Assembly: GCA_040770465.1 (NCBI GenBank)
Contig: JAXGJB010000009.1
Coordinates: 9,808-73,807 of the forward strand
DNA: 64,000 nucleotides
Source of the DNA: Methanothrix sp.
GTDB lineage: Archaea > Halobacteriota > Methanosarcinia > Methanotrichales > Methanotrichaceae
Reading direction: 5' to 3'
A model generated the notes under the pieces. The model had not been told where the DNA came from, did no database searches, and worked only from the letters and a program-made list of their open reading frames with translations. How positions within the stretch are numbered: the stretch's first letter is position 1; every line of letters starts with the position of its first letter. Both the position numbers and the translations under genes were made by a program. This document shows, piece after piece, positions 1-8,863 of this stretch.

Positions 1-1490
1 TATTCGGCTCGATCCTGGTGGTAACGGGGCCGACGGTCATTTTGCCGATGTTGCTACACATCCGTCCCAGCGGAAAGGTCGGAGACATAGCGAAGTGGGA
101 GGGGATCATGAACGATCCCATAGGGGCGATGCTGGCGCTTCTGGTCTTCCAGGCGATTCTGATGGGCGGAGCTGAGGGGACCCTCGCCGCCATCCTCCTC
201 GGGACGATGAAGACGGTCTTCATAGGGGTCCTGACCGGGGTCATCGGCGAGATCCTTCTCGTCCAATTCTTGAAACGTTACTGGATCCCCGACTACCTTC
301 AAAACCCGGCGGCACTGATGATGGTGGTGACCGTATTCACCGTATCGGAGCAGTTCCAGATGGAGTCGGGGCTCTTCGCGGTGACGGTGATGGGGGTGGC
401 TCTGGCAAACCAGAAGGCCGTCTCGGTCCAGCACATAATCGAGTTCAAGGAGAACCTGAGGGTGCTATTGATCGCCGGCCTCTTCATAGTCCTGGCTGGA
501 AGGCTCTCCATAGAGGACCTGGAGTACATAGACGGGTTCAGTCTGCTATTTCTCGGGATACTGATGCTGGTGGTCCGGCCTGCGGCCGTCATCGTCTCCA
601 CCTGGGGTGCGAAGCTGAGGTGGCAGGAGCTGGTATTTCTCTCCTGGATGGCTCCCCGGGGGATTGTGGCGGCCTCGGTATCTTCCGTCTTCGCCCTGAC
701 GCTCGCGGGTGAGGGTTTTGCTCAGGCGGAGATGCTTGCTCCTCTCACCTTCTTTGTGATCATCGGGACGGTGGCGGTGTACGGGATCGGAGCCGCGCCC
801 CTGGCCTGCTTGCTGGGCCTGGCTCAGGCAAACCCTCAGGGCGTCCTGATAGTCGGGGCCAACGTCTGGGCCCAGAGGGTCGCCGAGGCCCTCCAGGATG
901 CTGGAGCGCGAGTTCTCGTCGTCGACTCCAACTACAGCCAGATATCCCGGGCCTACGAGGCTGGGCTTTCCACATATCACGGGAACATCATGGCGGATCA
1001 CGTACTGGAGGAGATCGACCTGGAGGGGATGGGCCACCTCTTGGCCCTCACCTCCAACGATAAGGCAAACTCGCTGATATGCTTCCACCTTTCGGGGATA
1101 TTCGGGAGGGCGAACGTCTACCAGCTCCCTCCGGTGGCGGAGGCCTACCGCGGCAAAGAGTTCGTCCAGCCCGCCCATCTCCGGGGCAGGTTCCTCTTCG
1201 GAAGAGAGGTGACTCTATCCTATCTTGCCCAGAGGTTTGAGGCCGGAGCCGAGATCGAGTCGTTCAGGCTAAAAGGAGATTACGGTTACGATGAGTTCAA
1301 GGGCTGCTACGGCAAGTCTGCGGTCCCGATGTTTCTCGTCGGGGAGGACGGAGACCTCCGCATCTTCACCGCCGAGGAGAGTCGTTTCGTGCCCAGGTCC
1401 GGCGAGGTTCTGATCGCCCTCATAAACCCCAGCGGGAAGGATACCGATGTATGTTCACCAGACGGTCTGAGGTCCAACGAAGTGTTTTAA
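1..1490 (+). CDS. Cation/H+ antiporter (CPA1/NhaP type) with C-terminal RCK/TrkA-N domain; 5'-truncated by window
   Basis: Many TM helices with motifs TGPTVI, WEGIMNDPIG and APRGIVAA; C-terminal Rossmann-like GVLIVGAN; frame is open back to the window edge. Confidence 0.9.
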   Translation, partial: FGSILVVTGPTVILPMLLHIRPSGKVGDIAKWEGIMNDPIGAMLALLVFQAILMGGAEGTLAAILLGTMKTVFIGVLTGVIGEILLVQFLKRYWIPDYLQNPAALMMVVTVFTVSEQFQMESGLFAVTVMGVALANQKAVSVQHIIEFKENLRVLLIAGLFIVLAGRLSIEDLEYIDGFSLLFLGILMLVVRPAAVIVSTWGAKLRWQELVFLSWMAPRGIVAASVSSVFALTLAGEGFAQAEMLAPLTFFVIIGTVAVYGIGAAPLACLLGLAQANPQGVLIVGANVWAQRVAEALQDAGARVLVVDSNYSQISRAYEAGLSTYHGNIMADHVLEEIDLEGMGHLLALTSNDKANSLICFHLSGIFGRANVYQLPPVAEAYRGKEFVQPAHLRGRFLFGREVTLSYLAQRFEAGAEIESFRLKGDYGYDEFKGCYGKSAVPMFLVGEDGDLRIFTAEESRFVPRSGEVLIALINPSGKDTDVCSPDGLRSNEVF

Positions 1491-1530
1491 AGCGGCTTGA
1501 AGTTCAATGAAGTTCAAGGATAAAAATGAC

Positions 1531-1553
1531 GAGGGGACGGCGGCGGTCCCCTC
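1531..1553 (-). terminator. Hairpin immediately after stop of duplicated gene copy 1
   Basis: GAGGGGAC-N7-GTCCCCTC, followed by a T-rich run on the minus strand; lies between convergent genes. Confidence 0.5.
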
Positions 1554-2413
1554 TAGCTGCAAACACAGCTGAAGATCCCTGCACTATCCCTGGGGAAGCT
1601 GCACGGATCGAGGTCCGAGCACCCGCCGACACAGCATGAGAGCCAGTCGGTCTTGTTCGTCTTGTTGGTGTAGACGAACTCCATCTCGACCCGTCTCGTT
1701 ATGTCGAAGGTTCCTTCGTACCTCTCCTCGCCTAAATTGATCAATCTCCCGCCCTCGCCGACCTGTCGGTACCTGAGGTCTGCGATCCCGGTGGAGTGGG
1801 AGGCGGTGTCGTAGACTGTGGACCTGGTGGGATAGACGTCGGTGCTGATGATGGTGTCGTTTGTGGCGATGACAGTGGCGTTGAGCCTGTCGAGCCTCAT
1901 GGCGACGTTCCTCTCCCGGGATAGCTCTGGGTTGTAGAGGAAGCTTGATCCGACGACGTCTCCGTTATTTCCGGCCGAGTCCCGGTCGTTGATCATCTTG
2001 CCGAGGTAGTCTGTAGTCTTGCTGGCGTTCAGCCTCACAGGCCAGCTCTCCGTCAGGGTGATCGTCCAGATCTCGCTTCCCGCGGGCTTGAAGTATGTCC
2101 GGTTGACCCCGCCACTGGTCTTGGCCAAAAGGTCGATCACCTCCTGGGAGCTGTATGTCCCTTCCAGAGCCGCCGTCCTCTCCCGGAGTCGGACGTCGTT
2201 TGTGGCGAGGTCGGAGCTTCCGGAGTAGTAGGGAGATAGAACCCGTCCAGAAGGGGTCACGGCTATGGGGGCGATGTCCCCCTCCACTGAGCTCTCCATC
2301 TCGAAGCTGATGTTGGCGGACTGCCTTGTGATCCAGAACGAAGAGCCATCGGTGATGTTGTCCACCCCGAAGGTGTACGAGGCGGCGGAGGCTCCCGATA
2401 TCAGCCCCGCCAG
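1552..2413. repeat. 862-bp direct repeat, copy 1 (copy 2 at 3736-4597)
   Basis: Offset 2184; only one substitution noticed by eye (2348 A vs 4532 G). Confidence 0.95.
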
Positions 2414-2449
2414 GAGGAGCGCCGTCGTTAGAGCGCGATATCTGTTCAT
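1553..2449 (-). CDS. Secreted hypothetical protein with Cys-rich C-terminus, copy 1
   Basis: ATG at 2449 (MNRYRALTTALLLAGLISGASAA signal peptide) 2 nt after the upstream stop; tail WLSCCVGGCSDLDPC...IFSCVCS. Confidence 0.85.
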   Translation of the reverse strand: MNRYRALTTALLLAGLISGASAASYTFGVDNITDGSSFWITRQSANISFEMESSVEGDIAPIAVTPSGRVLSPYYSGSSDLATNDVRLRERTAALEGTYSSQEVIDLLAKTSGGVNRTYFKPAGSEIWTITLTESWPVRLNASKTTDYLGKMINDRDSAGNNGDVVGSSFLYNPELSRERNVAMRLDRLNATVIATNDTIISTDVYPTRSTVYDTASHSTGIADLRYRQVGEGGRLINLGEERYEGTFDITRRVEMEFVYTNKTNKTDWLSCCVGGCSDLDPCSFPRDSAGIFSCVCS

Positions 2450-2451
2450 CT

Positions 2452-3576
2452 TTACAGCTCCACAATAATCGCATCGTCGCCGGTATCGCTGGTCCAGGCC
2501 CAGGACTCGAATGATTTGGTGCCGGACCAAAACCTTTCTTCTAATTTTCCTGTCGAATACGCCCAGGGCCATATGACATTCCCTTCGGCGTAGGATCGTT
2601 GATGGGCTCTCGCCTCGCTGTCGTCCACGCTGGCCTCGCCCTCGAACTCGAAGTACGCGTTCCCGCTGATCCAGTTGTCGACGTAGGCGACGTAGTTCTT
2701 GTCTGGGTTGCGGGCTTCGCAGTAGGCGTAGGCCCCGCTTCCATCGATCACCGCCGACTGGCGAGCTGTGGCGCTGTTTCCAGCTTTGACCTGCTGGGAA
2801 ACATCAAGGGATCCGTCATAGACGTTGGCGTAGTCCACGACGTAGCTCCCCTTGGAGTCCATCCCTATACCGTAAGCCGTCGAGGAATATCCCTGGGCTT
2901 CGACCTTCTGAGTGGCTGCGACGCATCCACCCGTGGCAGCTTTGACCTGCTGGTAAGCATCAAGGGATCCGTCAGAGACGATGGCGTAGTCCTCGGCGTA
3001 GCTCCCCTTGGAGTCCCTCCCTTGGCCGTAAGCCGCCGCGTAAACTCCCTGAGCTTCGACCTTCTGAGTGGCTGCGACGCTTCCGCCCGTGGCGACGGAC
3101 TGGGATGCGGATATGTCGGCCAGGTAGGTGCGAGATCCAACGCCTGCAAAATCTCCGCCCTGGGTGCCTGAGAGCTCGGAGGTCGTCCATGCGCTTCCGG
3201 TGGTGGATACGGACCTCGACGCCACCCCCGCCCCCGGCGTCAGAGTCGAGCTTCCCGAGCCGTCTATGCACGAGGCTCCCAGGGTCTCCAGGGCGTAGTT
3301 TATGACGTAGTCTGAGCCCCCGCCTCTTCCGCACATCACCTGATTTATATTCGCGTCGCCAGAGCCCGATAGGCTCTTTCTGTCGGTCATGCTGACGCCG
3401 TCGAAGCTGGCAGACGACTTGCTCCAGACACCGACGTTGTCGTCGACGTCGTAAGAGTCTGTCATTCCAACAGACTCACCTCCGTTGCTGGCCGAGAAAT
3501 GGAAATCGATGGCATAAGCTCCCTGAAAAATCAAAAAGCATGCAATCGGGACGATCAACCTTAATAAGCGAGCCAA
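2452..3576 (-). CDS. Secreted Gly/Ala/Ser-rich protein with 52-aa internal repeats (short paralog)
   Basis: TTG start at 3576 behind AGGAGGG; signal peptide ending QGAYA; repeat VAATQKVEAQG...DSKGSY...DGSLD..QQVKA twice at 156-nt spacing. Confidence 0.8.
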   Translation of the reverse strand: MARLLRLIVPIACFLIFQGAYAIDFHFSASNGGESVGMTDSYDVDDNVGVWSKSSASFDGVSMTDRKSLSGSGDANINQVMCGRGGGSDYVINYALETLGASCIDGSGSSTLTPGAGVASRSVSTTGSAWTTSELSGTQGGDFAGVGSRTYLADISASQSVATGGSVAATQKVEAQGVYAAAYGQGRDSKGSYAEDYAIVSDGSLDAYQQVKAATGGCVAATQKVEAQGYSSTAYGIGMDSKGSYVVDYANVYDGSLDVSQQVKAGNSATARQSAVIDGSGAYAYCEARNPDKNYVAYVDNWISGNAYFEFEGEASVDDSEARAHQRSYAEGNVIWPWAYSTGKLEERFWSGTKSFESWAWTSDTGDDAIIVEL

Positions 3577-3713
3577 TGAAAATCCCTCCTGATCCTGGCT
3601 TTTTCTTGGATTTGAATTAGATTTATAGCTTTCGCCTATCCTAAAAATCCAGCAAGAAATGGCAGCCAGGAGAAACATGAATAGAGAACAAAAATACAGA
3701 ATAAAATGAACGT

Positions 3714-3736
3714 ATGAGGGGAACAGCCCCCCTCAT
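3714..3736 (-). terminator. Hairpin immediately after stop of duplicated gene copy 2
   Basis: ATGAGGGG-N7-CCCCTCAT followed by T-rich tract on minus strand. Confidence 0.5.
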
Positions 3737-4597
3737 CTAGCTGCAAACACAGCTGAAGATCCCTGCACTATCCCTGGGGAAGCTGCACGGATCGAGGTCC
3801 GAGCACCCGCCGACACAGCATGAGAGCCAGTCGGTCTTGTTCGTCTTGTTGGTGTAGACGAACTCCATCTCGACCCGTCTCGTTATGTCGAAGGTTCCTT
3901 CGTACCTCTCCTCGCCTAAATTGATCAATCTCCCGCCCTCGCCGACCTGTCGGTACCTGAGGTCTGCGATCCCGGTGGAGTGGGAGGCGGTGTCGTAGAC
4001 TGTGGACCTGGTGGGATAGACGTCGGTGCTGATGATGGTGTCGTTTGTGGCGATGACAGTGGCGTTGAGCCTGTCGAGCCTCATGGCGACGTTCCTCTCC
4101 CGGGATAGCTCTGGGTTGTAGAGGAAGCTTGATCCGACGACGTCTCCGTTATTTCCGGCCGAGTCCCGGTCGTTGATCATCTTGCCGAGGTAGTCTGTAG
4201 TCTTGCTGGCGTTCAGCCTCACAGGCCAGCTCTCCGTCAGGGTGATCGTCCAGATCTCGCTTCCCGCGGGCTTGAAGTATGTCCGGTTGACCCCGCCACT
4301 GGTCTTGGCCAAAAGGTCGATCACCTCCTGGGAGCTGTATGTCCCTTCCAGAGCCGCCGTCCTCTCCCGGAGTCGGACGTCGTTTGTGGCGAGGTCGGAG
4401 CTTCCGGAGTAGTAGGGAGATAGAACCCGTCCAGAAGGGGTCACGGCTATGGGGGCGATGTCCCCCTCCACTGAGCTCTCCATCTCGAAGCTGATGTTGG
4501 CGGACTGCCTTGTGATCCAGAACGAAGAGCCGTCGGTGATGTTGTCCACCCCGAAGGTGTACGAGGCGGCGGAGGCTCCCGATATCAGCCCCGCCAG
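3736..4597. repeat. 862-bp direct repeat, copy 2
   Basis: Matches 1552-2413. Confidence 0.95.
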
Positions 4598-4627
4598 CAG
4601 CAGTAGATATGCGAATTCCGTCCTCAT
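3737..4627 (-). CDS. Secreted hypothetical protein with Cys-rich C-terminus, copy 2
   Basis: 296 aa; mature region identical to 1553-2449 protein, N-terminal part of signal peptide differs (MRTEFAYLLLLAG). Confidence 0.85.
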   Translation of the reverse strand: MRTEFAYLLLLAGLISGASAASYTFGVDNITDGSSFWITRQSANISFEMESSVEGDIAPIAVTPSGRVLSPYYSGSSDLATNDVRLRERTAALEGTYSSQEVIDLLAKTSGGVNRTYFKPAGSEIWTITLTESWPVRLNASKTTDYLGKMINDRDSAGNNGDVVGSSFLYNPELSRERNVAMRLDRLNATVIATNDTIISTDVYPTRSTVYDTASHSTGIADLRYRQVGEGGRLINLGEERYEGTFDITRRVEMEFVYTNKTNKTDWLSCCVGGCSDLDPCSFPRDSAGIFSCVCS

Positions 4628-7276
4628 TCAGACCACGCTCGTTTCGGCATAAGCTCCAGTGTTGTCGGTCCGGGCCTCCCCGGTGACACTATGTGCCCCG
4701 AAGCCTCCTTTGGGACTAAAAGCCAGAGGATACGGTGGATTCCAAGCTTCGGCGACGATCCCGAACATGCCCACCACTGGGTACTTCTGTGTGGCCCGGG
4801 TGGAGTCGTCACCCGCGTACGCCCCCATCTCTCCATAGTTCAATCCTCCGGCTACCAATGTGGAATCCACGTCGGAGCGAGCTGTCCCATCGTCGGCGTG
4901 GGAGCCGAGGTGAATGTTTGTCCCGACTGCGCCCACGTTCTCGGCCGATGCCGAAGCGCTCGAGCTCGTATCGGCGCTGAAGTCGCCCCAGATCATGGCG
5001 GAACCGGCCGTTACATCCCCGGAAACGCTGGCGACCCGGTCAGGTCCGCTGGAGTCGTAGGTCCCACTTATGGCACCAATGCCTCCACTGCCCTCTATGA
5101 CCGTGAGCCACATATTCTTTCCTTCTGCGGAGGTGCTGTCTCCGGACTCAGCCTTCAGGCAGTCGGCGCTGGCAGCGGCAAAGTCGCCGACACCCCCGGC
5201 GCCCACGGCCGACCCTTCAGCCGTCAAGGTGCTGGACCCTCCGATCAGGTTGAGCTGGGTGTTTCCGGCAGCTGCGCCTGTTCCTGCAGCGCCTTCACGG
5301 CTGGAGGCTTCTACAGATCTCGCAGTCACTTCGGCGCTGTTTCCTGTGCTGGCCTCGACGCTTCCGACGCCGACATAGTTCTTTTTGCCTGCGGCCCCGG
5401 CGCCGAAGATGGCGCCTTCTCCGTCGGCGTAGATGAGCAAGTTATTGAAGTCGATTGATCCAATCAGGTTGCCAGCGCCCGCCGCTGTTCCGACGAAGCC
5501 TTCCTTGTTGGAGGCCTCGATCCCTTTGCCTGAGGCTCCGGTTCCAAAGACGGTTGTTTCGGCGGTCAGGGTGTCGCTCTTGATCTGGTTCTTTTTGCCG
5601 TCCGCAACAACGCCGACCCCGGCACCCTCAGCCCAGCCACCGATGTATCCGGACCACAGATTGACTTGTGCGCCCCCTGTGACCGCGGCGGCCCCGATGG
5701 ATCCCTTCTTGTTGGATCCCTCTATACCCTCGCCGTAGGCTTCGAATCCAGAGCATCCGGTGCTCGCGCCTAGGGCGTCGCTCTTGATCTCGTTCTTCTT
5801 TCCGTCAGCGACCACACCCGCCCCGGCAACACCGGCTCCTCCGGTGATGAATCCGGTCTGCATATCGAGAGACACCGTTCCTCTTCCTGCGGCTGTGATT
5901 GCCCCTACTGATCCCTTCTTGTTGGTGGCCTCGATCTCCTCACCGAAGGCCTCGGTTCCAGAGCTACCGGTGCAGGCGGCCAGTGTTCCGCTACTGATCG
6001 CGTTCTTTTTGCCCTCTGCGACGACACCCGCCCCGGCGGCATCGACGCCGCCTCCGATGTATCCGTTCTGCAGATCGACGTCGGCACCCAGGCTCCCTAC
6101 GGCTGCGCCGGCCCCTACGAATCCCTTCTTGTTAGAGGCCTCGATATCCTCACCGAAGGCTCCTGTTCCAAAGCAACTGGTGCAGGCTGCCAGTGTTCCG
6201 CTACTGATCTCATTCTTTTTGCCGTCTGCAACGACGCCGACCCCGGCAGCATTGGCGCCGCCACCGATGTACCCGTTCTGCAGATTGACGTCAAGGCCGA
6301 CGCTTCCTGCGGCAGCTCCTGCCCCGACGAACCCGTCCTTGTTTGAAGCCTCGATATTCTCACCGAAGGCTCCGGTTCCAGAGCAACCAGTGCGGGCGGC
6401 CAGGGTTCCGCTGATCTCGTTGTCAACGCCGACCGCGGCAATCCCGGCTCCTGCTGCCTCAGCCCCGCCATTTATGCGGAGGTTGCCGTTCGCGTCGATG
6501 TTGAGGTCGACGTTGCCGGCACCGGCTCCAGCACCCACGGCCCCAAGATCGCTTTCTGCCGATCTGATCTCGCCATAAGCCCAGGCGCTGTTTCCGGTTC
6601 CCGTGGCCAGCTTGCAGTCGACCTCAGCAGGTCCGGCCAGGTCCAGGGAGGATACGGCAACAGCCGCCCCTTCGCCCAATACATTCAAGGTTCCGGGGCC
6701 CACATCGACACACATGAAGCCAGCAGTCCCGAAGGCTGTTGGGAGGAACCCGACCATCTGAGTGTCCTGAGATGTCGCGATCCCGTCATCGACCTTTATC
6801 GTCTGCTTCGAGTCGAGGGATCCGTCGAATACAAATGCGTGCTGCATAGTGCCCCTGACTCCCTGATATGCGGTGGAGACGACGGCGCTCTCGTCAGCCC
6901 CGTCGATGGAGACGTCCTGGACCACGTTGAGGGTATTGGGAGTGAGATGGGCGGAGCCGCAGGCCAGGGTCCGGGAGGCGTCCCGTGCGTATATGTAGTT
7001 CGCCCCGGAGTAGCAGCCGCTCCCCGAGTATCCCTGGACGGCGTATACGTCGCCGGGTCCAGCAATCGTTCTCTTATCATCGATCGCTAGGCCACCGCCG
7101 AAGCTCGCCGCAGACTCGCCGCTCACCTCGACGCTGTCGTCGACGTTGTAGGAGTCCCAGATGCTCACGCTCTCTCCGCCGCCATCGCTAGCCGAGAAAT
7201 ACATATCGATGGCGTAAGCCCCTTGAAGGACAAGAAGGCAAGTAATCGATACTGTCAATCTATGCAGTCCGGACAG
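4628..7276 (-). CDS. Large secreted Gly/Ala-rich protein with 70-aa tandem repeats (long paralog); start CTG 7276 or TTG 7258
   Basis: N-terminus QGAYAIDMYFSASDGGGESV..DSYNVDD aligns with 2452-3576 protein; EASNKxGFVG...GKKNEI repeats at 210-nt period (5931, 6141, 6351). Confidence 0.85.
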   Translation of the reverse strand: MSGLHRLTVSITCLLVLQGAYAIDMYFSASDGGGESVSIWDSYNVDDSVEVSGESAASFGGGLAIDDKRTIAGPGDVYAVQGYSGSGCYSGANYIYARDASRTLACGSAHLTPNTLNVVQDVSIDGADESAVVSTAYQGVRGTMQHAFVFDGSLDSKQTIKVDDGIATSQDTQMVGFLPTAFGTAGFMCVDVGPGTLNVLGEGAAVAVSSLDLAGPAEVDCKLATGTGNSAWAYGEIRSAESDLGAVGAGAGAGNVDLNIDANGNLRINGGAEAAGAGIAAVGVDNEISGTLAARTGCSGTGAFGENIEASNKDGFVGAGAAAGSVGLDVNLQNGYIGGGANAAGVGVVADGKKNEISSGTLAACTSCFGTGAFGEDIEASNKKGFVGAGAAVGSLGADVDLQNGYIGGGVDAAGAGVVAEGKKNAISSGTLAACTGSSGTEAFGEEIEATNKKGSVGAITAAGRGTVSLDMQTGFITGGAGVAGAGVVADGKKNEIKSDALGASTGCSGFEAYGEGIEGSNKKGSIGAAAVTGGAQVNLWSGYIGGWAEGAGVGVVADGKKNQIKSDTLTAETTVFGTGASGKGIEASNKEGFVGTAAGAGNLIGSIDFNNLLIYADGEGAIFGAGAAGKKNYVGVGSVEASTGNSAEVTARSVEASSREGAAGTGAAAGNTQLNLIGGSSTLTAEGSAVGAGGVGDFAAASADCLKAESGDSTSAEGKNMWLTVIEGSGGIGAISGTYDSSGPDRVASVSGDVTAGSAMIWGDFSADTSSSASASAENVGAVGTNIHLGSHADDGTARSDVDSTLVAGGLNYGEMGAYAGDDSTRATQKYPVVGMFGIVAEAWNPPYPLAFSPKGGFGAHSVTGEARTDNTGAYAETSVV

Positions 7277-7378
7277 AGATCTCCCTCCTCAATCAATTCC
7301 TTTTGCTCACTACTGATTGAGAATCTATATAAAAATTCCGATTTTAGTTATAAAAAATAATTATATAACATAGTTATA

Positions 7379-8647
7379 TCAAGCAACCTTCACCACAGCC
7401 CTCCCCGCGAACAGAACCGAGTTGTAGGCATCATCCTCCACCACGACTATGGGAACGTAATCGCCGGCCTCGGCATCGACCTCGGTGAGGCTGACCCTGT
7501 AATTGAAGAGGGGTGACCTGGAGAGGACCAGCGGCAGATGATAGCCGGCCGATATGGTCCTGTTATCGGATGATGCGGTCACGTTGTAGAATACGATGGC
7601 GCTTTCGTCCTGGGCTGCGGTCACGTTCTCCGCCATGTAACCCATGTAATTGACGCCGGGAGACGTGGCGTTCAGAGCCTCCCGAGATATGTAGTGGACC
7701 TGCCCTGATAGGTCGATCAGGCCGTTGAGGATTCCATCATCCCCAAAGTAGGCATAGGCTGCGATCTGAGACTCCCCGCGATCCAGAAGGAGGATGCAGG
7801 GTATAGAATGGGCAAGGAGGGGTCGGAACTGGTCTGATACTCCGGCCACCTCGGACGCGAGGACGGGAGATACGGCGCCGTCGGGTCCTGAGACCTGATA
7901 GAACGTCCCGGGCCAGGAGAACTGGACCGTCGCCTCCCCGCCATCGATATCCCGAACCTCCGACCAGACCACCTCTCGTGAATCGTTATCTGCCAGGTAC
8001 AGGGTCGCAGTCTTGAGGTTCTGGTCCGGGTCTTTCACCTCTACTTCGATCCTTGCGGGGCGATTTTTGCTCGCGATATCGTTTGTGAGTCTGAGGTCTG
8101 ATACCTCCGGAGCTGGAGAAAAGCCCACTGCCCGGATCATCCATTCGGTCTCGTTCTGCCGGTACGGATCCAGGTCCCAGACAAGTAGACGGTTGGGATT
8201 TCGAGCGGAGAATTGGGACATGTTCGTCGCGGGACCGATGTCTGTTCCAACGTAGATCCCGCCGTACTCGTAGAGGGAGATGAGGAAGAACCCAGATACA
8301 AGGACGTCGGGGACGTCCACGACGGCCCAGCCGAACTCGTCGCCGAAGAACGAGTCGGCCCTGTCCGTCACCTTCGATATGAGGTTGTAGTCTTCGTCCC
8401 AGATCTCCAAGACGAAGATCTCGGAGGTGCTGTTCGGCTCCAGCTTTCCGTAGACGGCAGCTTCCGACAGGGTCCAATTTCCGGGAGGCGCTTCAAAGAT
8501 GACGGTGTGGCCCCTTCCGCCCCCCATCATAAAGCCGTTTTCCGCAGCTCCATCGTCGAGATAGAGGGTCACCGGGATCTCACATAAGCCGCTCTGGCAA
8601 GCGATGACGAGTTGAATCAAGAGCACCATCGCAATCTTCGTCATCAA
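7379..8647 (-). CDS. Secreted/surface hypothetical protein
   Basis: 422-aa ORF, signal peptide, GGAGGGG RBS upstream, acidic beta-rich composition. Confidence 0.8.
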   Translation of the reverse strand: MMTKIAMVLLIQLVIACQSGLCEIPVTLYLDDGAAENGFMMGGGRGHTVIFEAPPGNWTLSEAAVYGKLEPNSTSEIFVLEIWDEDYNLISKVTDRADSFFGDEFGWAVVDVPDVLVSGFFLISLYEYGGIYVGTDIGPATNMSQFSARNPNRLLVWDLDPYRQNETEWMIRAVGFSPAPEVSDLRLTNDIASKNRPARIEVEVKDPDQNLKTATLYLADNDSREVVWSEVRDIDGGEATVQFSWPGTFYQVSGPDGAVSPVLASEVAGVSDQFRPLLAHSIPCILLLDRGESQIAAYAYFGDDGILNGLIDLSGQVHYISREALNATSPGVNYMGYMAENVTAAQDESAIVFYNVTASSDNRTISAGYHLPLVLSRSPLFNYRVSLTEVDAEAGDYVPIVVVEDDAYNSVLFAGRAVVKVA

Positions 8648-8863
8648 AGCCCCTCCAAGACCTGCGATCTATCGGGATTTCGGCTCAACATGTGGCGATA
8701 TCGGTCCTCTTCGATCCTCATGGAGATAGTATTTACATTTCTGTCTATTAGTCATTTTTGAGGCTCAGTCAGGGCTTGAAGCTCATCGGGGTCCCACCCG
8801 AACAAATTACCTCCACGTCGATGACGGCCGGTCGTGGGGATCTGGCATTATAATGAGCCTTCA

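Noticed and set aside
1552-4597. 862-bp direct repeats as IS elements or a composite transposon
   Set aside because: They encode a secreted protein; no transposase, terminal inverted repeats or target-site duplication seen.
1552-7276. Diversity-generating retroelement (TR/VR pair)
   Set aside because: No reverse transcriptase in the window; the long copies show only one noticed mismatch, not a cluster of adenine-specific changes.
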